38,819 bases of DNA from a phage. A program made the translations under genes and the position numbers. Positions 8,125 through 17,950 of the stretch are shown here, one piece after another. The DNA is taken from the sequence record PX655591.1; one strand, 5' to 3'. Under the pieces are notes generated by a model that saw only the letters and a program-made list of their open reading frames with translations, was not told the origin of the DNA and did not search any database. Numbering within the stretch: position 1 is the stretch's first letter; each line of letters opens with the position of its first letter.

Positions 8125-8823
8125 ATGGCTAAAGAGCAACTGAAGACTTTCACCACTCCGGTAGCTGGTATCGTTGAGCCTTACGCATGGCTAAACAAAG
8201 CAGACACCAAGTTCAACGAGCGTGGTGAACACAAAGTCAACCTGACATTCGACCTGAGCAACCCGAAGGTCCGTAAGATGATTGATGTCTTGCAGAAGAT
8301 TCACGACGATGCGTATGCGAAAGCACTCGCAGACCACGAGAAGAACCCACCTCAGGTTCAGCGTGGCAAGAAGCCTATTGAACCACGAGAAGGCGACATG
8401 CCGTGGATTGAGAATGGTGATGGTACTGTTACCCTGAAGTTTAAATGCTTTGCGTCTTACCTTAAAGACGGCAAGTCCGAGCCTATCGTATTACGGTTCT
8501 ACGACACTGATGCCAAACTAATCCGTGACGTCCCGAATATTGGCGCTGGGTCTAAGCTGAAGGTCAAGTTTAAAGTCCTGCCGTTCAAGTGGAACGCTGC
8601 GACTGGTGCAAGCGTTAAGCTTCAGCTTGAGTCCTGCCTTCTGGTAGAACTGAAGGAGTGGAAAGGTGATGGTGCTGGTGGAGATGGTGGTTGGGGTGAT
8701 GATGAAGACCTCGGTACTGGCTACAAAGCGTCAACCGATGGCGACTTCGGGTCTGACGACTTCGGTGACGATGGTTCCGAAGGTTGTGACGACTCTGGCT
8801 CTGGTGGCGATTACGACTTCTAA
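8125..8823 (+). CDS. Single-stranded DNA-binding protein (gene 2.5-like), 232 aa
   Basis: Recalled identity to T7 gp2.5 (ASVKLQLES...); acidic Gly/Asp-rich C-terminal tail ending DYDF. Confidence 0.95.
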   Translation: MAKEQLKTFTTPVAGIVEPYAWLNKADTKFNERGEHKVNLTFDLSNPKVRKMIDVLQKIHDDAYAKALADHEKNPPQVQRGKKPIEPREGDMPWIENGDGTVTLKFKCFASYLKDGKSEPIVLRFYDTDAKLIRDVPNIGAGSKLKVKFKVLPFKWNAATGASVKLQLESCLLVELKEWKGDGAGGDGGWGDDEDLGTGYKASTDGDFGSDDFGDDGSEGCDDSGSGGDYDF

Positions 8824-9278
8824 TGGCCCAATGGTCTGCAAAACGGGGGCACTCTGTGGGTGCCTACCGCTCTGGACTTGAAGCCAAGAACCAGCAGTGG
8901 CTGGAACAGAACGGCGTCAAAGCGGAGTACGAAAGCCATTATATCAACTATGTGATTCCGGCTTCCGACCACAAGTATACACCAGACTTTATCCTTCCCA
9001 ACGGCATCATCGTGGAGACCAAAGGTATCTTCGATAGTGATGACCGTAAGAAGCACCTTCTGGTACGAGAGCAGCACCCAGAGTTAGACATCCGGTTCGT
9101 GTTCTCAAGTTCCCGCTCCAAGCTATACAAAGGGTCTCCTACCACGTATGGCGCATGGTGCGAAAAGAACGGCTATAAGTATGCCGATAAATTCATACCG
9201 GTTGAGTGGCTTCGAGAGGCGACTGTACGTCTGCCTTCAGGTATCCTCATCCCCAAGAAGAAAGGAGTTAAGTTATGA
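8823..9278 (+). CDS. Endonuclease I, Holliday junction resolvase (gene 3-like), 151 aa
   Basis: YTPDF...VETKG...DDRKKHLLVREQHPELDIRFVFSS matches recalled T7 endonuclease I. Confidence 0.95.
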   Translation: MAQWSAKRGHSVGAYRSGLEAKNQQWLEQNGVKAEYESHYINYVIPASDHKYTPDFILPNGIIVETKGIFDSDDRKKHLLVREQHPELDIRFVFSSSRSKLYKGSPTTYGAWCEKNGYKYADKFIPVEWLREATVRLPSGILIPKKKGVKL

Positions 9279-9745
9279 CTCAGAAATATAGACTTAAGGC
9301 TAATTTTAATGGGTGGCCAGCAGGTACTATCGTTACAAAATGTACGAAAGACCCGTACCCAACGCCGGGAGCGACTCTGGTAGAAACCTCCCAGCCTGGC
9401 ATCTACAAACACGGAGCGGAAGGTTATGACACTCAGCCTGACGGTATGTGGGGAGCGTGGGTTGTAACTAATCAGCTTGAGGAAATTGTAGAGGATAAAC
9501 CTCAAGTCCTTCCAGCTTCGAGCGTACCGCCTGTGACTGTGAAGCGTGAAGTCCTGACCATCGACAAGATTGGTGTGGGCCAGACGTTCATCGTACATGG
9601 CCAGCCTGACGAAGTGTACGTGAAGATTAGCAACTCTCACGTCTTCAACCATAAGCGTCTCCAGATGCACACCACGGACGCACAACGCTTCACCCAGCAC
9701 CTGAATCTGGTGGTCGTAGAATTGGTGGTGTACAATGGTAAGTAA
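9275..9745 (+). CDS. Hypothetical protein, 156 aa, inserted between endonuclease I and lysozyme
   Basis: RBS AAAGGAG; ATGA overlap with gene 3 stop; no recognisable motif. Confidence 0.6.
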   Translation: MTQKYRLKANFNGWPAGTIVTKCTKDPYPTPGATLVETSQPGIYKHGAEGYDTQPDGMWGAWVVTNQLEEIVEDKPQVLPASSVPPVTVKREVLTIDKIGVGQTFIVHGQPDEVYVKISNSHVFNHKRLQMHTTDAQRFTQHLNLVVVELVVYNGK

Positions 9746-10193
9746 GGTACAGTTCAACCCACGGTCCCGGACTGACGCTATCTTCGTCCACTGTTCGGCT
9801 ACCAAGCCAGAGATGGACATAGGGGTAGAGACCATCCGTATGTGGCACAAGCAGCAAGGCTGGCTGGATGTAGGCTACCACTTTATCATCAAGCGCGATG
9901 GCACTGTGGAAGAGGGGCGCCCGGTCAATGTCGTAGGGTCACATGTTAAGGACTGGAACTCACGGTCTGTAGGCGTCTGCCTTGTAGGTGGAATCAACGC
10001 TAAGGGTCAGTTTGAAGCTAACTTCACTCCAGCCCAGATGAACTCCCTGCGCAACAAGCTGGCTGACCTGAAGTCCCTGTATCCTCAGGCAGAAATCAAA
10101 GCACATCATGACGTAGCACCAAAGGCGTGTCCAAGTTTCGACTTACAGCGCTGGATGTCTACCAACGAACTGGTCACTTCCGACCACGGTTAA
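9735..10193 (+). CDS. N-acetylmuramoyl-L-alanine amidase / T7 lysozyme (gene 3.5-like), 152 aa
   Basis: TDAIFVHCSATKP...GWLDVGYHFIIKRDGTVEEGR...AHHDVAPKACPSFDL...NELVTSD matches recalled T7 lysozyme. Confidence 0.95.
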   Translation: MVSKVQFNPRSRTDAIFVHCSATKPEMDIGVETIRMWHKQQGWLDVGYHFIIKRDGTVEEGRPVNVVGSHVKDWNSRSVGVCLVGGINAKGQFEANFTPAQMNSLRNKLADLKSLYPQAEIKAHHDVAPKACPSFDLQRWMSTNELVTSDHG

Positions 10194-10216
10194 TAAACTC
10201 TAAAGGAGAACACTCA

Positions 10217-10432
10217 ATGATTAAACTTATCGAATTTCTTGGTCGTCTGGTGGTGCGTGGTTATCGTCGTGCTGCGGTTATGGAACGAAAGGTAGCAGAG
10301 AAGACTGCTGAAGGTGCGGCTGATGCTGCTGCTCTGAGTGACAAGCTGACCATCGCGTCACTGGAAGCAGGCATGAAGGCACGTCAAGCTGACACCAAAG
10401 CTGACCAGTTGGCCCAGTTCTTCAAAGCCTAA
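10217..10432 (+). CDS. Hypothetical protein, 71 aa, N-terminal hydrophobic segment plus Ala-rich helical region
   Basis: RBS AAAGGAGAA; in-frame part of track ORF 10127-10432; product unknown. Confidence 0.55.
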   Translation: MIKLIEFLGRLVVRGYRRAAVMERKVAEKTAEGAADAAALSDKLTIASLEAGMKARQADTKADQLAQFFKA

Positions 10433-10450
10433 ACTATCACCTTAGGGATG
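10428..10450 (+). promoter_or_regulatory. Degenerate phage promoter-like 23-mer (CCTAAACTATCACCTTAGGGATG)
   Basis: Shares 5' half and GGGA start region with consensus but has CT for TA at -4/-3; function uncertain. Confidence 0.35.
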
Positions 10451-10497
10451 GGACCATGAGTCCTGTCCCTTTGTTCGCATTTATGATTAAGGAGTGA

Positions 10498-12201
<1,704 letters not shown>

Positions 12202-12212
12202 GGAGGAGTACA

Positions 12213-12377
12213 TTGTTAAGAAAACTTAAAGCCCGCTACCACATGTTCATGTACAAATGGTGGAGCGATGAAGCAACCTGCCTGTCGAACATTCTGGGAG
12301 ACCAAAGGTTCGAATCTAAGGCATGGAAGAAGGCTAACCGTAAGTTCATGTACCACTTCTTGCGTACAGACTTCTAG
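12213..12377 (+). CDS. Hypothetical small protein (gene 4.3/4.5 position), about 54 aa; start uncertain (TTG 12213 or ATG 12243)
   Basis: AAGGAGG RBS at about 12202-12208; within track ORF 12180-12377. Confidence 0.35.
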   Translation: MLRKLKARYHMFMYKWWSDEATCLSNILGDQRFESKAWKKANRKFMYHFLRTDF

Positions 12378-12380
12378 GTC

Positions 12381-12416
12381 TAGACTCAAGGTCATTCACA
12401 TCGAGTGGCCTTTATT
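12381..12416 (+). promoter_or_regulatory. RNase III-type processing hairpin (TAGACTCAAGGTCATTCACATCGAGTGGCCTTTAT)
   Basis: Same conserved flanks and stem as the 5386 and 35433 sites; intergenic before DNA polymerase. Confidence 0.6.
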
Positions 12417-12441
12417 ATTATTAGACTAAACGGAGGAAAAC

Positions 12442-14454
12442 ATGGACTTAAGTAACATATATGGGTCTGACATCGAGACCAACGGTCTCCTTGATACAGT
12501 CTCCCAGTTTCACTGTGGGGTCCTGATTAACGCCGAGTCGAATGAGACCCTTAAGTATGGGGTAGCTCCGATGGTTGGTATCGTCGGTGGCTTCAAAGAG
12601 TATGTGCGTAAAGTGGAAGAGATTGCCGCATCGCCTGATGGTATGCTGGTATTCCACAACGGTATCAACTATGACGTCCCAGCTATTGACAAACTGAAAC
12701 GTCTGTACTTTGGGAAACGTTTTAACTTCCCGAAACACAAGATGATTGATACCTTGGTGCTGGGCCGCTTGATGTATCCAAACATTAAGTTCTCAGACAT
12801 GGGGGCGGTGAAAGCTGGACGTCTTCCACCTAATATGATGGGACGCCAGTCTCTTGAGGCTTGGGGCTATCGTCTCGGTGAGATGAAGGGCGAGTACAAA
12901 CACGATTACGTTGCCAAGTGCAAGGCCGAAGGTATCGAATATAAGGCTGGGGACGAATGGTTGTTCCCGTCTCAGGAGATGCTGGACTATAACGTTCAAG
13001 ACGTTGTGGTCACACTGGCGTTGTTCAAGAAGTTCCTGACTGACAAGTATTACTTCCAGTCTGAAAAGTTCGCTTTCGAGCAGATTTATGCGTTGCGTCT
13101 GGAACATGATGCTGCGTGGACCTGTGCGAAGATGGAACGTAACGGCTATCCGATGAACACAGAGATGGTCGAAGGCTTATATCGTGAACTCACCATCAAA
13201 CGTGCGGAGTTACTGGACAAGCTGCGCTCTACTTTCGGTAGCTGGTATGCACCGAAGGGAGGCAAGGAGTTCTTCAGACATCCACGGACAGGTAAGGATC
13301 TTCCGAAGTATCCGCGAGTCGTGTACCCTAAGGTCGGTGGCATCTTTAAGAAGCCGAAGAACAAAGCCCAACGCTTAGGTCTTGAACCTTGTGAACTCGA
13401 TACGCGAGACACAATGGAAGGAGCACCATTCACTCCAATCACTTACGTTGAGTTTAATCCGGGAAGCGGCGACCACTTAGCGAAAGTCCTGATGGAGCGT
13501 GGCTGGGAGCCTGTGGACTTCACTGACACAGGGAAACCTGTAGTCGATGACGAGACGTTAGAACACGTTAAGTTACCAGACGCAGAGGCTCAGGCTTGCG
13601 TAGAGCTTGTCCGTGAGTATCTGGTGGTCCAGAAGCGCATCGGTCAGGCTGCTGAAGGTAAGAACGCATGGTTGAAACTTGTAGGTCCAGACGGACGTAT
13701 GCACGGTTCAATCAACACATGTGGTGCAGTGACCGGACGTGCGACCCATAGCTCACCAAACATGGCTCAGGTCCCGGCTAACGGTGCTCCATATGGTGAG
13801 ACTTGCCGTGGTGCTTTCGGTGCAGCGTGGAACAAGAAGGATGGTAAGCCAGACCCTTGGATTCAAGTAGGTGTGGATGCTTCAGGTCTTGAGCTTCGTT
13901 GTCTGGGGAACCGAGCTGCTCCGTTTGATGGTGGTGCATATGCGAAGACTGTAGTCGAAGGTGACATCCACTGGGCAAACGCAGTCAACGCTGGGTTAGC
14001 ACCTAACGTCCCACGCGATAAGTCGAGCCACGACCATGATGCTTTCCGTAACAACGCTAAGACGTTCATCTATGCGTTCCTGTATGGTGCAGGGGCCGCT
14101 AAGATTGGACTGATAGTCGGAGGTGGTAAGAAGGAAGGTTCAGCTCTCATGAAGAAATTCATTGAGGGTACACCAGCCATCAAGGACCTCAGGGAAGCTG
14201 TGAGTAATACGTTAATCTCAGACTCTAAGTGGGTAGATGGTGAGAACATCGTGAAGTGGAAACGTCGCTGGCTGAAAGGTCTGGACGGTCGACGCATTCA
14301 CATCCGGTCTCCACACTCAGCACTTAACGCCTTACTTCAGGGGGATGGTGCGGTAGTCTGTAAGCACTGGATTGTTGAGGTAGAGCGTATGCTGGAAGCC
14401 GAAGGATACGTCCACGGCTGGGATGGAGACTTTGCGTACATGGCATGGGTGCAT
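12442..14454 (+). CDS. DNA polymerase (gene 5-like) exon 1, 671 codons, ends ...FAYMAWVH
   Basis: Recalled identity to T7 DNAP including thioredoxin-binding loop KVGGIFKKPKNKAQR; ORF ends exactly before the motif C Asp codon. Confidence 0.95.
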
Positions 14455-15052
14455 TAACATCATGGTGCACATTAAATCTGGTGAACTCGGTGAACTCCTA
14501 ATGGGACAATACCGAGCCAAGCCATAGGGAGGATGTATGAGAGGCAAGAAGTTAATTCTTGAGGCCACTGAGACTGGCTGCATAATCCCTACGTCACATA
14601 AATTGAATCAGGATGGATACTTCCGAAAGAGGACTAACGGTGTCCTTGAGATGTATCATAGAACTGTATGGATTAAAGCTAATGGTCCAATACCTGACGG
14701 TTTCGAAGTAGACCACAAGTGTCGTAATAGAGCTTGTTGCAACGTCGAACATCTACAAGTATTAGACCGGGACTCACACTTAGTCAAGACCAACAAAGAG
14801 CGATACGCTGCTAGGAAGCTAGAAGCACGAGACTACTGGGTAGAGACTGGGTGTACTGGAACGAAGTTAGCCGAAGTGTTCAATGTGTCGTTCTCAGCCG
14901 CCTGTGGGTGGATTAGAGAGTGGAAGGCGTAGAGACTATCCGAAAGGAGTAGGGCCGTGGGTGAGATTCCCACGTAACCCGAAGCGCCAGACAGTCACCT
15001 CAAAGACTGATGATATAGTCCGACACTTCCAGTAATGGGAGAATACAGAAAG
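14455..15052 (+). mobile_element. Group I intron (about 598 nt) in the DNA polymerase gene, carrying an HNH endonuclease ORF
   Basis: Exon 1 ends in U that can pair with G of intron GUGCAC (14465-14470); AGACUAU (14933-14939) pairs with AUAGUC (15015-15020) as P7; G at 15052; downstream exon restores DNAP C-terminus in frame. Confidence 0.8.
14537..14932 (+). CDS. Intron-encoded HNH homing endonuclease, 131 aa
   Basis: HNH motif GPIPDGFEVDHKCRNRACCNVEHLQV; RBS GGGAGGA; ORF stops 1 nt before the P7 core element. Confidence 0.85.
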   Translation: MRGKKLILEATETGCIIPTSHKLNQDGYFRKRTNGVLEMYHRTVWIKANGPIPDGFEVDHKCRNRACCNVEHLQVLDRDSHLVKTNKERYAARKLEARDYWVETGCTGTKLAEVFNVSFSAACGWIREWKA

Positions 15053-15208
15053 GATGAGTTACAGATTGCTTGTCGTACTCAAGAAATAGCAGAACGTACA
15101 GTAGAAATTGCTCAACTTGCTATGCGTAAGGTGGGCGAGTTCTATAACTTTAAATGTGTCCTTGATACCGAAGGTAAGATTGGACCAACGTGGAAGGAGT
15201 GTCACTAA
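15053..15208 (+). CDS. DNA polymerase exon 2, 51 codons plus stop (DELQIACRT...GPTWKECH)
   Basis: Matches recalled T7 DNAP C-terminus DEIQVGCRT...GPNWAICH; no start codon or RBS of its own at the junction. Confidence 0.85.
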   Translation, partial: DELQIACRTQEIAERTVEIAQLAMRKVGEFYNFKCVLDTEGKIGPTWKECH

Positions 15209-15498
15209 TGGCTATGACCAAACGTATGCGAGTTTCATTCTCGCTGGGCTCTGTACTGTCTACTGAAGACGTTGAGCACTTCAAGAAGTCTCTCTGTGAT
15301 TTGAGCCGTAAGGTTCTCAATGGTGAGAAGACCACTGGCTTCGAGCGTAAGATGGTCGAGGTAGGCGTTACAGAGGGTCTGGAAGCTGTGGTAGAGCTTG
15401 TCTTTAAGAAAGGCATTGTTGATGGCCTGAAAGAAGACCTGAGTAATTACGCTGACCAACCCAGCTTCGGAGACTTCCGAGTGGAGTTCAAGCAATGA
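15208..15498 (+). CDS. Gene 5.5-like protein (T7 gp5.5 is an H-NS binder), 96 aa
   Basis: Begins MAMTKR as recalled T7 gp5.5 MAMTKK; TAATG overlap with DNAP stop. Confidence 0.7.
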   Translation: MAMTKRMRVSFSLGSVLSTEDVEHFKKSLCDLSRKVLNGEKTTGFERKMVEVGVTEGLEAVVELVFKKGIVDGLKEDLSNYADQPSFGDFRVEFKQ

Positions 15499-15704
15499 GT
15501 GAATACTTACGGGTCCTTGCGGCCCTTAAGTCCTGCCCGAAGACCTTTCAGTCAAACTATGTGCGCAACAACGCTGCACTTGTGGCTGAGGCTGCGAGTC
15601 GTGGACATCTAAGCTGCCTGTCTATGGATGGGCGTAACAACGGTGCGTGGGAGATTACGGCTGCTGGCACCAAGTTCCTTAACCAACATGGAGGCTGCCT
15701 GTGA
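15495..15704 (+). CDS. Gene 5.7-like protein, 69 aa
   Basis: LKSCPKTFQSNYVRNNAALVAEAASRGH...GAWEITAAGTKFL closely matches recalled T7 gp5.7. Confidence 0.85.
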   Translation: MSEYLRVLAALKSCPKTFQSNYVRNNAALVAEAASRGHLSCLSMDGRNNGAWEITAAGTKFLNQHGGCL

Positions 15705-16567
15705 GCGAAAAGAAGATAGCTCTGGTTCTGGATGGCGACTATCTGGTCTTCTCTTCTATGGCTGCTGCCGAGGACGAGACTGACTGGGGTGATGACATCT
15801 GGACCCTTATCTGCGATCATGATAAGGCTCGTCGTATCCTTGAGAACACCATCGCTGAAATCGTTAAGAAGCGAAAGGCGTGGAAAGACGCTAAGATTGT
15901 GATGTGCTTCACCGATGACGTGAACTGGCGCAAGTCAATATTACCTACCTATAAGGCCAACCGTAAAGGTTCTCGCAAGCCTGTAGGTTACAAGAAGTTC
16001 GTAGCCGAAGTGATGGCTGACCCACGGTTCAACAGCTTCCTGCGTCCTACGCTTGAGGGTGATGACTGTATGGGTATCATCGGGACACGACCTCAGATTG
16101 TAGGCTGTGATCATGCGGTTCTGGTATCCTGCGATAAGGACTTCAAGACCATCCCGAACTGTGAGTTCTTCTGGTTAACCACTGGTGAAATCCTGAGTCA
16201 TACGACTGCTGAGGCAGACTACTGGCACATGGAGCAGACCATCAAGGGTGACACTACAGATGGCTACGGTGGCATTCCGGGGATGGGTGAGGATACCACT
16301 CGTGCGTTCCTTGACGAGCCGTACTACTTCGTGCAGGAGAGCCGTGAACTTAAGACTGGTAAGAACAAAGGCCAGATTAAGACTGAGTGGAAGAAGTATC
16401 CGAAGCGTGAAGATATGACGCTGTGGGACTGCATGGTGACTCTGGCTGAGAAAGCCGGGATGACTGAAGAAGAACTTCTGGTCCAAGCTCAGGTAGCTCG
16501 TATCTGTCGAGCCTCCGACTACAACCCTAAGTCCAAGGAGGTCATCCTGTGGACACCATCCATGTAA
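15701..16567 (+). CDS. 5'-3' exonuclease (gene 6-like), 288 aa, GTG start
   Basis: CDKDFKTIPNCEF...TIKGDTTDGYGGIPG...LWDCM matches recalled T7 gene 6 exonuclease. Confidence 0.95.
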   Translation: MSEKKIALVLDGDYLVFSSMAAAEDETDWGDDIWTLICDHDKARRILENTIAEIVKKRKAWKDAKIVMCFTDDVNWRKSILPTYKANRKGSRKPVGYKKFVAEVMADPRFNSFLRPTLEGDDCMGIIGTRPQIVGCDHAVLVSCDKDFKTIPNCEFFWLTTGEILSHTTAEADYWHMEQTIKGDTTDGYGGIPGMGEDTTRAFLDEPYYFVQESRELKTGKNKGQIKTEWKKYPKREDMTLWDCMVTLAEKAGMTEEELLVQAQVARICRASDYNPKSKEVILWTPSM

Positions 16568-16693
16568 TATACTGGGCCGGACTTCTAGCCATTTACTGCA
16601 TGTACAAGTGGTTCGGGTCGAACAACCGTCCTAAACAATGAGTCTAACCGATAGTCATATCCTATCAATACTACAGTCATCCATAGGTGAAAC

Positions 16694-16716
16694 ACTAAAC
16701 TATCACTATAGGGACT
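16694..16716 (+). promoter_or_regulatory. Phage RNAP promoter (ACTAAACTATCACTATAGGGACT)
   Basis: Conserved 23-mer; position matches T7 phi6.5. Confidence 0.85.
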
Positions 16717-16777
16717 TTAGGACCTAAGATATGACTATAAGATAGACTTTAGTCTTAACTTAAAGAGGAGATTCAAG

Positions 16778-17050
16778 ATGGCTCTTAATGCTATTGAAAA
16801 CGTTGTTAAGCAGTTACAGGAAGAAAGACTTGATGTCCCGAACATCTCCCAGTCTGCCATCCAGTTCCTGCACGTACTGTTCAACGCAAGCTATGCTGAG
16901 AAGATGGGAGCTATCAGTCTCCTCAAGCAGCAAGGCTACAGCGATGCGTTCATTGCCGGGTTCATCAAGGGTCTCCAGTATTGTTCTGACACTCTCGACT
17001 CTGCGATTGCTATGCGTCGTGAGCTGAAAGATACCGTTCAGTTCGATTAA
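16778..17050 (+). CDS. Gene 6.5-like hypothetical protein, 90 aa
   Basis: RBS AAAGAGGAG; assigned by position. Confidence 0.55.
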   Translation: MALNAIENVVKQLQEERLDVPNISQSAIQFLHVLFNASYAEKMGAISLLKQQGYSDAFIAGFIKGLQYCSDTLDSAIAMRRELKDTVQFD

Positions 17051-17064
17051 CTGTAGGAGGGACT

Positions 17065-17289
17065 ATGTGTTTCAGTCCAAAGATTAGCACTCCGAAGCCT
17101 TCGGTCCAAGCACCTGAACCAGCACCTCTGAGTGAGGAAGTTGCGTCAGTTGACATCGGGGCCGAATCGGATGTAGACACCAACGAGACCAAAGGTATCA
17201 AAGACCTTAAGGTTAAGAAGGAGTCTGCGCCTAAAGATAAATCGTCAGTGAGCCGCGCTATGCGAGCCTCTGGCGTAAACATGGGGTAA
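17065..17289 (+). CDS. Gene 6.7-like virion protein, 74 aa
   Basis: N-terminus MCFSPKI.TPK...EPAPL matches recalled T7 gp6.7. Confidence 0.8.
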   Translation: MCFSPKISTPKPSVQAPEPAPLSEEVASVDIGAESDVDTNETKGIKDLKVKKESAPKDKSSVSRAMRASGVNMG

Positions 17290-17293
17290 GACA

Positions 17294-17698
17294 ATGCTAC
17301 CATATCTAAACTCACGCGAAGGTCGCCACATGTGCGCCTGTCGCCTCTGGGAAGACGGGCAGTCTAACTTCAAGTCATTCGAGGACTTCAAGGCTCATAC
17401 ATACCGTATGGCTGACGAGTTCGAAGGTGAAGAGTACACAATCTACGATGTCTCAGGTCAACCAGTAGCGTATCTCTACATGCTGGCTACCGCATCTTGG
17501 CATAGACCGACTCCCGGTCTTGACCTTTCAATCATCGCTATTCGTCGTGACTCGCAGTCCTCCCGCAAGGTTCTTGAGACTGTCAGGCACATCATAGACG
17601 AAGAGTGCAAGCGCTGGGGTCTTGGCTGGTATTCTCGTGTCAAGCATGTTTCCGGGTCGGTAGACATCGTAACAACTAAGGAGATTAACCGTGGGTAA
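17294..17698 (+). CDS. Gene 7-like virion/host-range protein, 134 aa (alternative start ATG 17330, MCACR...)
   Basis: Position between 6.7 and 7.3; start uncertain. Confidence 0.6.
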   Translation: MLPYLNSREGRHMCACRLWEDGQSNFKSFEDFKAHTYRMADEFEGEEYTIYDVSGQPVAYLYMLATASWHRPTPGLDLSIIAIRRDSQSSRKVLETVRHIIDEECKRWGLGWYSRVKHVSGSVDIVTTKEINRG

Positions 17699-17939
17699 AT
17701 CAATCAGTAAGGCTTTCAAGAAAGTAGTGAGCAGTGCGTTAGGGACAGTGGGTCTTGGCGCTGATGACGCGCCTAAGGTTGTTGAGGCTCAGACCCCAGC
17801 AGCACCAGTGGAAGTACCGAACGACAAAGTGGAGGATGTGGACACTGAAACAACCGCATCTGACGAGAAGAAAGTGAAGCGCTCCGGTAAGCGAAGCCTT
17901 CAGGTATCTCGCACCTCTGGTGGCGGTATTTCTATTTAA
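17691..17939 (+). CDS. Gene 7.3-like tail/virion protein, 82 aa, GTG start
   Basis: Ends KRSLQVSRTSGGGISI as recalled T7 gp7.3 (...SLSVARSSGGGINI). Confidence 0.8.
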   Translation: MGKSISKAFKKVVSSALGTVGLGADDAPKVVEAQTPAAPVEVPNDKVEDVDTETTASDEKKVKRSGKRSLQVSRTSGGGISI

Positions 17940-17950
17940 GGAGGTGACGA

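Noticed and set aside
8666-8881. 71-aa plus-strand ORF overlapping the SSB C-terminus
   Set aside because: Alternative frame through the repetitive Gly/Asp-coding region; no independent start signals
9173-9850. 225-aa minus-strand ORF overlapping genes 3 to 3.5
   Set aside because: Antisense to three well-supported plus-strand genes; no RBS or promoter evidence; T7-like genomes are transcribed entirely rightward
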